A stretch of DNA of 64,000 nt, taken from positions 64,001 through 128,000 of the forward strand of contig NZ_CP186926.1 in the NCBI RefSeq assembly GCF_049554935.1. The letters run 5' to 3'. The DNA comes from Methanocaldococcus indicus (GTDB lineage: Archaea > AGJL01 > Methanococci > Methanococcales > Methanocaldococcaceae). Under the pieces are notes generated by a model, which saw nothing but the letters and a program-made list of their open reading frames with translations, did not search any database and had not been told where the DNA came from. Positions 45,244 to 55,513 of this stretch are shown in pieces (the stretch's first letter is position 1; the number at the start of each line of letters is the position of its first letter). Both the position numbers and the translations under genes were made by a program.

Positions 45244-45585
45244 TCACTTTCTTATTATTCTTGGCTCTCTCTTTTTTTTCATTGTAGATATTTGCTCCAA
45301 TAAAGCTTTAAACTTTTTGTCATCTAATGGAATAGGTATTCTTCCTAACTGAGCTAATTGAATAAGTTGAACTTCAATAGCTTCAGCAAAATCTGGACGA
45401 GCCAATCTAATTCTTTCTAATCTTTCTCTTGCATCTGCTGTTAATATCTTTTTTAATAATGCTCTTTTTTGTAGTTCAGCCTGTAATAATGCTTGTTCAT
45501 CTACTTGTTGCTGTTCTTGTTCTAATTTTTGTTGTAGAGCTAACAACTTTCTTCTTTTAATTTCTTCTGGGTCCATATTAACCAC
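45244..45585 (-). CDS. PDCD5/TFAR19-like DNA-binding protein
   Basis: ILTADARERLERIRLARP, IEVQLIQLAQ. Confidence 0.92.
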   Translation of the reverse strand: MVNMDPEEIKRRKLLALQQKLEQEQQQVDEQALLQAELQKRALLKKILTADARERLERIRLARPDFAEAIEVQLIQLAQLGRIPIPLDDKKFKALLEQISTMKKKREPRIIRK

Positions 45586-46032
45586 TTAATATTTAGCAAG
45601 CTCAGGAATCTCATTTATTATTTCATCTCTAACTTCTTTTGCTATATTGTCTAAAAAGCTTTGACCTTTTGGAGTAATAACTCTACCTTTTGGTGTTCTT
45701 TTAACAAATCCTAATTTTTCTAATTCTTGTAGAGCAGTTCTTATTATATTTCCACTACCTTTAAAGAACTTCTCTGGTTCATGACCTCTGTTTTTTCTTC
45801 CACCATAGGCAGTTCTTAATCTCTCTACACCAACAGGACCATTAATGTAGATTTTTCTTAATATAGAGGCACATCTTATATACCACCAATCATCTTGTTC
45901 TGGTCTTCTTTCTCTACTTCTTCCTGTCTTAACAAATTTTGTCCATTCTGGCTCATAAATCCCTAATTCCTTTAACTTCTCAGCTGTTTTTTGAATTAAC
46001 TTTTCTGGTGGAACATCATAAACTGTAACCAT
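45586..46032 (-). CDS. rps19e: 30S ribosomal protein S19e
   Basis: [29 protein letters not shown]; start MVTVYDV after GGTGA. Confidence 0.97.
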   Translation of the reverse strand: MVTVYDVPPEKLIQKTAEKLKELGIYEPEWTKFVKTGRSRERRPEQDDWWYIRCASILRKIYINGPVGVERLRTAYGGRKNRGHEPEKFFKGSGNIIRTALQELEKLGFVKRTPKGRVITPKGQSFLDNIAKEVRDEIINEIPELAKY

Positions 46033-46223
46033 ACTATTATCACCCATGTTAAACAGTTTTGTTTTAATTCTATTTGTTAATTTTGTTAATTTAAAAATAG
46101 TTAAAGAGAGACTATAAATATCTAAGTTATTCTTAGCTTAATAATTGGACATCTCATATATATAACTTATGTTAATTTAAATTTTGACGTACTCTAAAGT
46201 TAGATAATTTTGGTGAAAATTAT

Positions 46224-46886
46224 ATGAAAAAAGAAATAAAAAGAAAAAGAAAAGGAATTATAGAAATCACCTATGAAGAAGAAAGGGAGATTTTAAAATT
46301 GCCTCAAAAACCCGAATTACCAAAGTATTCTTCTCAGCTTATAAATCTTGCAAATTTATTTGCACAGGGAACTCGTCCAAAAGTTGTTGGTCAGATGAGT
46401 GAGTTGATTAAAGAATTTAGAAAAAGTGGTGGTAGAAGTTATGAAGATTGGAAAAAGTGGTATTTACAAAAATACCCTAATGCGATTGATGAAGCTACAC
46501 AGAAGATATGGGATATGCTTAATAATTTTAAAGAAACCCTAGAACAGTTGGAAAGAGATGATGTAAGAAAGTGGGTTGAGGATTTGGTTCTTACAAAAAC
46601 CTATGAAGGTCTTATGTTGCAGGATGCTATTTTGAAAAAAATTGCAGAAGAGTTTGGTGGAAATTATCGCCCCGCCACTGTAGAAGAAGAATCTAAGGGT
46701 ATTGACGGGATAATTATTATTGATGATAAAGAAATTCCCGTTTCAATTAAATCTAAAACTTACGTCAATCAGGAAAAACATCTTCCTGAAGAACTTAAAG
46801 GGAATTTAATTATTTATGAAAAGAAGAAAAATAAAATTATTGTTGATTACTCTGATTTATTGGATTTGATTGAAAATACAAAATAA
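46224..46886 (+). CDS. MjaI-family type II restriction endonuclease (probable CTAG)
   Basis: QGTRPKVVGQMSELI, ESKGIDG...PVSIKS (PD-(D/E)xK-like); recalled as very similar to M. jannaschii R.MjaI; convergent with an N4-C methyltransferase. Confidence 0.88.
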   Translation: MKKEIKRKRKGIIEITYEEEREILKLPQKPELPKYSSQLINLANLFAQGTRPKVVGQMSELIKEFRKSGGRSYEDWKKWYLQKYPNAIDEATQKIWDMLNNFKETLEQLERDDVRKWVEDLVLTKTYEGLMLQDAILKKIAEEFGGNYRPATVEEESKGIDGIIIIDDKEIPVSIKSKTYVNQEKHLPEELKGNLIIYEKKKNKIIVDYSDLLDLIENTK

Positions 46887-46944
46887 TTATTATTATAGAA
46901 CTTTCGCAGTTTATATATTTGCCTATAAAAATTTTATTCTGCTA

Positions 46945-47853
46945 TCAATCACGATTGATAAATTCTACATTGAAGTCCATTCCAATTCTTTTTTGATTAA
47001 TTCCAATTTTTTCTTCAATTATTGGCTTTAGGGATTTATCAATCTCATATCCAATAGAGTTTCTTTTTAATTCAATTGCCGCTTTTACTGTTGTTCCAGT
47101 CCCTAAAAATGGGTCTAAAACAGTATCTCCAATAATAGAAAACATTCTAATTAATCTCCTAGAGATTTCTTCTGGAAATGATGCAGTTCTTCTATTAAGC
47201 TTATTATGTGTTTGCCTATCTCCAACAATCTCCCAAATTTGAGAAAACCACTTATCTCTTTCTTCTTTAGTATATTTGCTTGCATATCTTAATGGATCTC
47301 TTGGTTTAAACTTTCTTGGTTTTCCTTTCCTAAATATTAATATATACTCGACATCTAATGTAACATAAGCATTTGGTGGAAGAAATCCAGAGCCTAAAAA
47401 AGCATTAGGTTTGTTAGACGGCTTTTTCCATAATATGTATGGGAGAGTAACGAATCCAATCTTTTCAAATTTTTCAATAATCTTAGAATGATTGGGAAAT
47501 AATCTAAAAACTCCATTAATTTTTCTTGTAGCATCTCCTATGTTGATACATGCAATTCCTCCAGGAACTAAAACTCTATAAATCTCCTCCCAAACTGGAT
47601 ATAATGTTTGATGCATTAAATTATATATTTCCATGATTAATTTTTCTTTTTTCTCTTCATTTTCTTCATTTTCCATTTTTGTCCAAAGCTCGTTTATTTT
47701 TGGATTTAAAATTTTAAACAAATTATCCCACATTCCTATCATCGGGTATGGTGGAGAGGTAACAACCAAATGAACACTTTCGTCATCAATTTCAGCCATT
47801 TTTCTTGAATCTCCAAAAATTATTTTGTGATTAGTTTTTATATCAATATTCAT
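46945..47853 (-). CDS. N4-cytosine DNA methyltransferase, beta class (M.MjaI-like)
   Basis: TSPPY catalytic motif before the DPFLGTGTT SAM motif. Confidence 0.92.
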   Translation of the reverse strand: MNIDIKTNHKIIFGDSRKMAEIDDESVHLVVTSPPYPMIGMWDNLFKILNPKINELWTKMENEENEEKKEKLIMEIYNLMHQTLYPVWEEIYRVLVPGGIACINIGDATRKINGVFRLFPNHSKIIEKFEKIGFVTLPYILWKKPSNKPNAFLGSGFLPPNAYVTLDVEYILIFRKGKPRKFKPRDPLRYASKYTKEERDKWFSQIWEIVGDRQTHNKLNRRTASFPEEISRRLIRMFSIIGDTVLDPFLGTGTTVKAAIELKRNSIGYEIDKSLKPIIEEKIGINQKRIGMDFNVEFINRD

Positions 47854-48047
47854 TATTTATCCCCCATTTCTTTCTTTATGGTAGTTGATATAATTGATTT
47901 TTCACATAGCCAAGATAAAACAATAGTCCTTACAATTTCAGCATCTGTTTGTCCTAAAATTCCTCTAAAATTTTCAATTAACTCCCATTGGTTCTTAGTA
48001 AATGTAACTTGAACTCTTTTTATATTATCTTTTTCTTTTTGTGTCAT
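47853..48047 (-). CDS. Small ribbon-helix-helix-like protein, putative R-M regulator
   Basis: KRVQVTFT beta ribbon then two helices (G.TDAEIVRTIV); TAATG coupling to the methyltransferase; GGTGA RBS. Confidence 0.7.
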   Translation of the reverse strand: MTQKEKDNIKRVQVTFTKNQWELIENFRGILGQTDAEIVRTIVLSWLCEKSIISTTIKKEMGDK

Positions 48048-48205
48048 AACTTACTCACCTAAAATACATATATGATACAAATTATATATACTATAAGTTA
48101 TTATAAGGTTTATTGCGTGATAAAATTTTAAACAAAAATTTACATCCAAGTTTTAATCATATTCTTATATTATTTCAATAAAATTGTACTATCTTGGGAT
48201 GCAAT

Positions 48206-49186
48206 ATGGAACTTTTAGAATTCTTAAAGAGGGATGAGATTTTATTTTTATGCCATCATAATGCAGACCCTGATGCAGTAGGTAGTTGTATAGCCTTAAA
48301 GTATTTAGCTAAATATCTAAATCCAAAATCTAATGTTAGAGTAGTTGCTGACTCAATAAATAAAGTATCAAAAAACATACTTAGAGAGATTAGTGATAAT
48401 ATTGATATTGAGGTATATCCAAAACTACCAAGTACTGTTTTTGTTGTTGATACAGCATCAACTTCTCAATTAAAGGTTAATGTGGATGAGCTAAAAAAAA
48501 GAGATGTTGTTTTAATTGACCACCATAAACCATCTGATTTGTATGATATAGCTAAGTTAAAGATTGTTGATGAAAACTCACCATCCACTTCTGAAATAGT
48601 TGCTAAAATCTTCAAAGATTTGAATATATATCCTCCTAAGAATGTAAGGTTAGCATTATTATGTGGGATAGTTTATGATACAAAACATCTAAAATTAGCT
48701 AAACCAGAGACATTCAGTATAATAAGTTATTTAGTAAAAGATATCAGTTTTAATAAAGTTATTTATCTCTTAACGAATGAAGGAGATGAAGGTAAAAAAA
48801 TAGCTAATTTAAAAGCTTGTAAAAGAATGATTTTAAAAGAGTATAAAGATATAGTTATAGCTCTCTCACATGTGTCAAGTTATGAAGCATCAGCAGCAAA
48901 AACTTTGGTTAGTATTGGAGCTGATGTTGCTTTTGTTGTTGCTGTAAGAAAAAAAGAAAAAGAGATAAGGGTTAGTGCAAGATGTCGAAAATCAATATCC
49001 AAAAAGGTGCATTTAGGAAGATTAATGGAAAAGATAGCCAAAGAACTAAATGGTTCAGGTAGTGGGCATAGTGAAGCTGCTGGTTTAAATGCACCTCTAC
49101 CAGAAGGAAAAGATAAAAATAAGATTATTAAGGAAGTATTAAACCTATGTTATAAAAAATTCATTGAGGAGTTAGAGAATGGATAA
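48206..49186 (+). CDS. DHH-family phosphoesterase
   Basis: [16 protein letters not shown]1 tail GSGHSEAAG. Confidence 0.92.
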   Translation: MELLEFLKRDEILFLCHHNADPDAVGSCIALKYLAKYLNPKSNVRVVADSINKVSKNILREISDNIDIEVYPKLPSTVFVVDTASTSQLKVNVDELKKRDVVLIDHHKPSDLYDIAKLKIVDENSPSTSEIVAKIFKDLNIYPPKNVRLALLCGIVYDTKHLKLAKPETFSIISYLVKDISFNKVIYLLTNEGDEGKKIANLKACKRMILKEYKDIVIALSHVSSYEASAAKTLVSIGADVAFVVAVRKKEKEIRVSARCRKSISKKVHLGRLMEKIAKELNGSGSGHSEAAGLNAPLPEGKDKNKIIKEVLNLCYKKFIEELENG

Positions 49187-49994
49187 TTTTGAAAAATTAG
49201 TTAAGAAAAGTATTGATAAATTCAAAATGCTAAATAAGGATGAAAAAATTTTAGTTTCAGTATCTGGGGGAAAAGATAGCCATGCAGCTGCTTATGTATT
49301 GAATAAGTTAGGATACAATATTGAGCTTTTTCACATAAATTTAGGAATAAAAAACTTCTCAGATATTTCCTTAGAAAAGGTTAAAGAACTCTCAAATATT
49401 TTAGAGGTTCCTCTTCATATAGTTAATTTAAAAGATATAACTGGTAAGACAATAGAAGATTTAAAAAGAAAGCACTGCTCTATTTGTGGAATAACTAAAA
49501 GATATCTAATGAACAAATTTGGATATGAGAATAATTTTGATGTTATAGTTACTGGGCATAACTTAGATGATGAAGTCTCTTTCTTATTGAATAATCTACT
49601 AAATTGGAGTGTAAGATATTTAGCTAAACATTTTCCAGTCCTTCCAGCACATGATAAATTCTTAAAAAAAGTTAAGATATTCTATGAGATTGAAGAGGAT
49701 TTAATTTTAAAATATGCAGTTAAGAATAACATTCCTTTTACAACTGCTAAATGTAAATTTGCTAAGGATGCCATAACTTTAAAGCATAGAGCTTATTTAA
49801 ATGAGCTTGAAAAGGAGAGAAAGAATATAAAGAAACAGTTTCTATATGGCTATTTAAAATATAGACATTTATTTGATATTGAGGAAGATTTTCAGTTTAG
49901 AGAGTGTGAAATATGTGGAATGACATCAGCAGGAAAAATCTGTTCTTTTTGTAGAGTTTGGAAATTATATAAAAAATCAAAATATAAGAATTAA
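49179..49994 (+). CDS. TtuA/Ncs6-like tRNA thiolation protein
   Basis: SGGKDS, CSICG, TGHNLDD, C-terminal CxxC...CxxC. Confidence 0.88.
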   Translation: MDNFEKLVKKSIDKFKMLNKDEKILVSVSGGKDSHAAAYVLNKLGYNIELFHINLGIKNFSDISLEKVKELSNILEVPLHIVNLKDITGKTIEDLKRKHCSICGITKRYLMNKFGYENNFDVIVTGHNLDDEVSFLLNNLLNWSVRYLAKHFPVLPAHDKFLKKVKIFYEIEEDLILKYAVKNNIPFTTAKCKFAKDAITLKHRAYLNELEKERKNIKKQFLYGYLKYRHLFDIEEDFQFRECEICGMTSAGKICSFCRVWKLYKKSKYKN

Positions 49995-50045
49995 TAAACA
50001 ATAAATTATATAAACTATATCTTTATATTCTTAGGTTGTGCTATT

Positions 50046-50147
50046 GTCCTGAGCTTAAAAGCTTGGGACTGGTTGATGAGCTAAATGGAGCTAATCTATC
50101 CCTTGCCCCTTTGGGGATGGATTAGCTATGAAGTTTAGTGAAACTGA
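50046..50147 (+). promoter_or_regulatory. Structured RNA upstream of rps6e: hairpin plus double kink-turn
   Basis: 10-bp hairpin 50046-50069, then a long stem-loop 50070-50146 with two 3-nt-bulge/tandem-GA motifs; TATA-like TTATATAA near 50004-50011. Confidence 0.72.
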
Positions 50148-50190
50148 AAAGGGAGACAAAAAATAAAAAAATCTATTTTTGGTGATTTAA

Positions 50191-50586
50191 ATGCCAACAG
50201 CAAAATTTGTAGTAGCAGACCCAAAAACTGGAAGATGTTATCAAATAGAAGCAGATAATACTCCATTAGTAGGAAAAAGAATTGGAGAAGAATTTGATGG
50301 GAAAATATTAGGATTAGAAGGTTATAAGTTAGTTATAACTGGAGGAACTGATGACAGTGGATTTCCAATGAGACCAGATATCCATGGAAGTAGAAAAGTT
50401 AGAGTTTTATTAAGTGCTCCACCAGGATTCCATCCAAGAAGAAAAGGAGAAAGAAGAAGAAAAACAGTAAGAGGAAATACAATTGCTCCAGATATTGTTC
50501 AAATAAACTGTAAAGTTGTAGAATATGGAGAAAAATCAATTCCAGAATTGTTAGGTTTAGAAGAAAAAACTGAAAATAGTGAATAA
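50191..50586 (+). CDS. rps6e: 30S ribosomal protein S6e
   Basis: [23 protein letters not shown]. Confidence 0.97.
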   Translation: MPTAKFVVADPKTGRCYQIEADNTPLVGKRIGEEFDGKILGLEGYKLVITGGTDDSGFPMRPDIHGSRKVRVLLSAPPGFHPRRKGERRRKTVRGNTIAPDIVQINCKVVEYGEKSIPELLGLEEKTENSE

Positions 50587-50588
50587 AC

Positions 50589-52100
50589 TTAAAATCTTGA
50601 TATTCTTTTTAATAACATCCCTTCAACCTTTATAGGATAAATAACCCTTGCTAACTTTGCTGCTGCTCTTAATCTTTCTTCTGAACTTGAATATATTGTA
50701 AAAAGTAAATCTCCTTTTTCTACTTTATTACCAACTTTTACATTTAGATAGATTCCTGCTTTTTTATCATTAGGACATCCTGCCTCTTTGGCTATCTTAG
50801 TAATTTTGTGGTTCGATATTCTTGTCACATATCCATCTATTGGAGAATGTATATCCACTTTATATTTACCTAATTCAATATCATCTGATTCTATCTCTTT
50901 TCCTCCCTGAGCAACAACTATCTCCAAAAACTTCTCATGAGCTTTACCACTTGCCAATATATCTTCTGCTAAATCTTTTCCTTCTCCATAGGGAGCTACT
51001 CCTCCCATCTCCAACAATATTCCTGCTAAACTTAAAGATTTCTCTATTAAACTTGAAGGAGCTTCTTTATAATTTTCTAAAGCTTTTAATGCTTCTCTTG
51101 CTTCCAATGCAGGACCTATAGCTCTTCCAATTGGTTGGTTTCCATAAGTTATAGCACATTCTAACTGTATATTTAACCTATCTCCTAAACTTATGAAATC
51201 TCTTGCTAATGCAGATGCTTCCTTAATATTCTTAACCTTTGCCTCATAACCAGTAGGAATGTCAATAACTAATTTATTTACACTCATAGCCAATTTTTTA
51301 GCTAAAACACTTGATAACAAAAGTGGTTTTGGGTCTATATTTAGAGGTCTTTCAACTTGAATAGTTATGTCATCTGCTGGAGCTAAATCAATAGCTCCTC
51401 CCCAAACTAAGCATCCATTTGTTTCACTAACAACTTTTTTTATTTCATCTGATGTTAAATCTACTCTTGTTAAAACTTCCATTACATCTGCTGTTCCTGC
51501 AGCTGAGGTTATAGCTCTTGATGATGTCTTAGGAATCTTTAAACCAGCTGATGCAACAATTGGAACAGTTAAAAGAGCATATTTATTTCCAGGAATGCCA
51601 CCAATAGAATGAACATCAAAAATAGTAGATTCCCAGTTAATTGTCTCTCCGGTTTCTGCCATTCTTATTGCTAAACTCTCTATCTCATCCATATCCATTC
51701 CATTGATATAGATAGATGTAACAAAAGCAGAAATTTCAATATATCCTAAATTTCCATTGACCATTTCATCAACAATTAAGTAAATTTCTTCTTTCTTTAA
51801 TTTATCTCCATTCATCTTTTTTCTAATGAATGGTAAGGACTTTGGTCTTTCAGCATGCTCTATATAAACTATATCTCCATTATTCACTTTTAATTCCTTA
51901 GCTAAGTTTTTTGGCAGTCCAACTTCTCCTTTATTGACTAATGTTCTTGTTGAGTATATAACTCCAAAAATCTCCCTATCTTGATGTTTTATAACAACTC
52001 TATCCTCCTGAAAATATTGAGAAGCTTTTAAATCATCTTCATGTAACAATATAAATCTTTCTAAATCAAAATCAAAAATTTTAACTCTTAGAGTTAGCAT
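50589..52100 (-). CDS. deoA: AMP phosphorylase (thymidine phosphorylase family)
   Basis: Archaeal N-terminal extension, HSIGGIPGNK, KTSSRAITSAAGTAD, GPALEA. Confidence 0.93.
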   Translation of the reverse strand: MLTLRVKIFDFDLERFILLHEDDLKASQYFQEDRVVIKHQDREIFGVIYSTRTLVNKGEVGLPKNLAKELKVNNGDIVYIEHAERPKSLPFIRKKMNGDKLKKEEIYLIVDEMVNGNLGYIEISAFVTSIYINGMDMDEIESLAIRMAETGETINWESTIFDVHSIGGIPGNKYALLTVPIVASAGLKIPKTSSRAITSAAGTADVMEVLTRVDLTSDEIKKVVSETNGCLVWGGAIDLAPADDITIQVERPLNIDPKPLLLSSVLAKKLAMSVNKLVIDIPTGYEAKVKNIKEASALARDFISLGDRLNIQLECAITYGNQPIGRAIGPALEAREALKALENYKEAPSSLIEKSLSLAGILLEMGGVAPYGEGKDLAEDILASGKAHEKFLEIVVAQGGKEIESDDIELGKYKVDIHSPIDGYVTRISNHKITKIAKEAGCPNDKKAGIYLNVKVGNKVEKGDLLFTIYSSSEERLRAAAKLARVIYPIKVEGMLLKRISRF

Positions 52101-53109
52101 TATTTTCCCTCTTCAATCTATTTTTTAATTTGTAGCATAAGTAATCCAAAGGATGATAACATTTCTTACATAATTCATCTGGCTTACAGTATATGTTTAA
52201 ATCTTTATTTTTCCAATTTTTACAGTACTCACAGTGAGTAAATCTTTGATGTCCTACTTTATAGCCAATATTATGCATTATATAGTATCTTGTCTTTTTT
52301 TCATCAAAATCCTCAACATTTTTAAATAGTTCAACAACTTCATCAATAAACTTCTCTATCTCTTCCTCATTATTTACAATATCTAAAGCAGACAATTCAA
52401 CTAATTTTCCTCCCTCTTTTGGTCTTAATGTAGGTTTAAACTTAGCAGCAAATAGATAAACTACTAAACTTCTTCTTGCAGAATGAGGAGGAGAACCACC
52501 TGAAAGAATATCATTTAATATCCCTCTAATACATGGAGGATGCCAATCAAAGGGAATCTCTCCTTTATAGGAAATATCTCCAAAATTTATACTTCTGTAT
52601 TTAAACTTAATTTTGTTTTTTAAATATTCTAAAATGTCATTGTAGAATTTTTTTATAGTATCATCATCAGGTAGTTCTTTTTTCTTAGCTTTTTCACATA
52701 GCTCTAAAACTTTAACTCTAACTAACTCTTTTTTGTATATTTCTTTAATCTCTCTAATATCTACATATCCATTAACTAAATCTAACCTCTCTAAATGCAA
52801 GTCATTGTTTTTTGACTTACTTCCAATTTTTATAAATTCAAAGATATTAATTTTATTATTTACATCTATCTCCTCTGATTTTATTTCAGCATATCTTTTA
52901 ACAAACTCATTGTAGTATGGTGTATGAGAAATAAATACAATTAAAAGTTTATCAACAATATCATCAAGATTCTTTTTATCAACTCCTAAAATTAGAGAGT
53001 AGTTTATCAAATCAGATTTATAATCATTATATTCCCCAAAAATATACTTTAATTTAGATAATGCTAAGTTACCAATATTTTTTACTAATTTATTTAATTC
53101 CAACTCCAT
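52081..53109 (-). CDS. priL: DNA primase large subunit
   Basis: HPPCIRGIL...[15 protein letters not shown]...C...C.HPLDY Fe-S C-domain. Confidence 0.85.
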   Translation of the reverse strand: MELELNKLVKNIGNLALSKLKYIFGEYNDYKSDLINYSLILGVDKKNLDDIVDKLLIVFISHTPYYNEFVKRYAEIKSEEIDVNNKINIFEFIKIGSKSKNNDLHLERLDLVNGYVDIREIKEIYKKELVRVKVLELCEKAKKKELPDDDTIKKFYNDILEYLKNKIKFKYRSINFGDISYKGEIPFDWHPPCIRGILNDILSGGSPPHSARRSLVVYLFAAKFKPTLRPKEGGKLVELSALDIVNNEEEIEKFIDEVVELFKNVEDFDEKKTRYYIMHNIGYKVGHQRFTHCEYCKNWKNKDLNIYCKPDELCKKCYHPLDYLCYKLKNRLKRENNANSKS

Positions 53110-54074
53110 TTTTTATCCTCAACAATTTTTAAATGAGGATAAGCTAACTCAACATCACTCTCTTTTTTAACTTTTTCTAATACTTTCCTTTGTATCTCAC
53201 TTCTAACTCTTGCTCTATCATTAATATGAGTTAGATAAAAAACTTTAATATAAAAGGATGTTCTTGTTATTCCTACTCTTGTATATGGCTTATCTACAAG
53301 CTTTCTTCTTGTTAGATACTTCCTTTTGCTCCATATTGAATAGAGTTCTTTCATTAATTTACCAACAACTTCATTAGCAGATGAAAAGACAATATTCTCA
53401 GCTTTTTTAATATTACTGTTAAATGTGAAATTTATAACTAAGTTATCCCAAATATATGGAGTTCCTTTTGTTAGGTTTTCTATTGTATTAGTAAAAATAA
53501 GTGAATTTGGAACTATTAAAACTCTTCCTGTAGGTTCAAAGTTTTCAGTGAGCTCACTTAAATATATGTGTTGTGTATCAATATCAAAAACATCTCCTAT
53601 TCCTGCATTTTTTACAATTATTCTATCTCCTATCTTTATAGTTCTTGTATATAACATAACTAACCATCCAGCAACATTCAAAATAGGTCTTTGCAGAGCA
53701 TAAGTAACAGCTGCCCCTATTAATCCAATTGAAACTACTAAGGATGATAAATTTTGATAAAACACACCAAAAATTGATAAAATAATAATTAAGTATATTG
53801 TATATTTAGAAATATAGCTCATAGAAATATATTTTTCAGCATTTTTCTCATCTTTTTCAGCTTGCTTCTTAAGAATATCAGTTATTACATCTACAACAAT
53901 TAAACCTGATAAAACAATAGCCACAATTGTTAAGATTTGTGTTTTATATTTTAATAGGTATGATATTATAAATATATGGATATTGAATAATGTTTTAGAC
54001 ATTAAAGATAAAATAACTAATAATAATGCTATCTTTACAGCTAATTTTAATTTTTCTTTTTCCATATTAATCAA
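53094..54074 (-). CDS. mscS: Small-conductance mechanosensitive channel
   Basis: [30 protein letters not shown]. Confidence 0.9.
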   Translation of the reverse strand: MINMEKEKLKLAVKIALLLVILSLMSKTLFNIHIFIISYLLKYKTQILTIVAIVLSGLIVVDVITDILKKQAEKDEKNAEKYISMSYISKYTIYLIIILSIFGVFYQNLSSLVVSIGLIGAAVTYALQRPILNVAGWLVMLYTRTIKIGDRIIVKNAGIGDVFDIDTQHIYLSELTENFEPTGRVLIVPNSLIFTNTIENLTKGTPYIWDNLVINFTFNSNIKKAENIVFSSANEVVGKLMKELYSIWSKRKYLTRRKLVDKPYTRVGITRTSFYIKVFYLTHINDRARVRSEIQRKVLEKVKKESDVELAYPHLKIVEDKKWSWN

Positions 54075-54122
54075 TATAAGATTAGTATATATAAATATTA
54101 TAAAACAATACTAAAATATATT

Positions 54123-54416
54123 TTAATGTCTATCTTGAGGTGTTTTTACTTCCTCTATTATTCTTTTTCCAGCAACTACTTCATCAATACTATGAATAGT
54201 TCCTCCTAACTCTTCAACAATTTCCTGAATTTTATCAAAATCTAAGTTGTTTCCTTCTATTGTAACTTTAACATTTTCTGTCTCTTTGTCTATCTCATAT
54301 ACAGTTATATTTACTCCATCAACATTTTTTAGAGCTGTAAATCTTAAAGCCATTTCTGTTATTTTTGGTTCATGTGGTTTTAGAATATCTAAAACCATTC
54401 TTCTAATCCCTGTCAT
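54123..54416 (-). CDS. DUF211 family protein
   Basis: IRRMVLDILKPHEP, GGTIHSIDEV. Confidence 0.9.
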   Translation of the reverse strand: MTGIRRMVLDILKPHEPKITEMALRFTALKNVDGVNITVYEIDKETENVKVTIEGNNLDFDKIQEIVEELGGTIHSIDEVVAGKRIIEEVKTPQDRH

Positions 54417-55513
54417 GGTTTCACTTCCTTTAAAACTTCTATAAATTTATCTATATGCTCTTTCTCAATATGAGGCATTATAACTAATCTTAGAGCATTT
54501 GCATTCTTACATACTGATACAAAATAATTTTTTTCTTTTAATTTTTCACATGTTTCTAAATAGTTTTCATCTTCTATATTAACAATATTTAAAGTAGGTT
54601 TCATTAATGGTTTATATCCATTTTCTTTCAACTTCTTATATAGATAGATACTATTTTTTAAGCATTTTTTAACATTTTTTTCAATTTCATCAAAAAAGTA
54701 TTTTAATATTGTATATAAACATGCAGCTCCATAACCTGGTCTTGTGCCTAATATTGTTGTTTGTTTTTTCTCTATTAAATAAAAAGCATCAGTTTCTAAA
54801 AATTTGCTATATTCTTCTGATTTAAATAAGATTCCCCCACATGGAATAGGAGTTAAAGCCATCTTATGCCCATCTATTGTAATAGAATCTATATTTAAAG
54901 AAAAATCAAATTCTATCTTTTTATCCAAGAATGGAATTACAAAACCTCCAAAAGCAGCATCTACATGAATATATATGTTATTATCTTTTGCTATTTTTGT
55001 TAGTTCTTTAATATTATCAATAGTTCCAAACTCAGTTGTTCCAGCAATTCCAATTATTGCATCTACTTTATTATCTTCTACATACTCCTTAACATATTTA
55101 GTATCAACAGTATAATCTCTATTTAATGAAGCATAAATCAAATTTAAGTCCATCATCTCTTTACCTTTTTCAAAAGAAAAATGTGCAGTTTTAGGGAGTA
55201 TTATGTTCCTACCTTTCATCTTCTTTATAACTCTTAAAGCTGTTAAATTTGCTTCTGTTCCACCACTTACTATATTCCCAAAAGCTTCTCTATTATTTAA
55301 AAATTCCCCTAAAAGTTTTATTGTCTCTTTTTCCAATTGTGCAGTCCCTTTAAATAAACCTGAGTCTCCCAAGTTTGTTTCTAAAAAAAGATTTACAATT
55401 TTTTTAGTTATTGGAAGTGGTTTTGAACACATAGAACAAAATATATTCCCATCTTCATATTTTGCATCTAACTCTCTAAATCTATTTAAATCTTTAAAGA
55501 TTTCCTCATACAT
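54413..55513 (-). CDS. mfnA: L-tyrosine/L-aspartate decarboxylase
   Basis: SMCSKP, TNLGD.GLF.G, SGGTEAN, HVDAAFGG, DGHK (PLP lysine). Confidence 0.92.
   Translation of the reverse strand: MYEEIFKDLNRFRELDAKYEDGNIFCSMCSKPLPITKKIVNLFLETNLGDSGLFKGTAQLEKETIKLLGEFLNNREAFGNIVSGGTEANLTALRVIKKMKGRNIILPKTAHFSFEKGKEMMDLNLIYASLNRDYTVDTKYVKEYVEDNKVDAIIGIAGTTEFGTIDNIKELTKIAKDNNIYIHVDAAFGGFVIPFLDKKIEFDFSLNIDSITIDGHKMALTPIPCGGILFKSEEYSKFLETDAFYLIEKKQTTILGTRPGYGAACLYTILKYFFDEIEKNVKKCLKNSIYLYKKLKENGYKPLMKPTLNIVNIEDENYLETCEKLKEKNYFVSVCKNANALRLVIMPHIEKEHIDKFIEVLKEVKP

Noticed and set aside
50070-50147. Hammerhead ribozyme (UGAUGA...GAAAC)
   Set aside because: C3 is U, and stems I and III cannot be formed around an NUH site; the K-turn fold explains the same nucleotides.
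50073-50158. Canonical box C/D or H/ACA guide RNA
   Set aside because: UGAUGA, CUGA and a downstream ACA exist, but the putative guides are only about 6 and 9 nt and pair with each other, and no basal stem precedes ACA. Not fully excluded without an Rfam scan.
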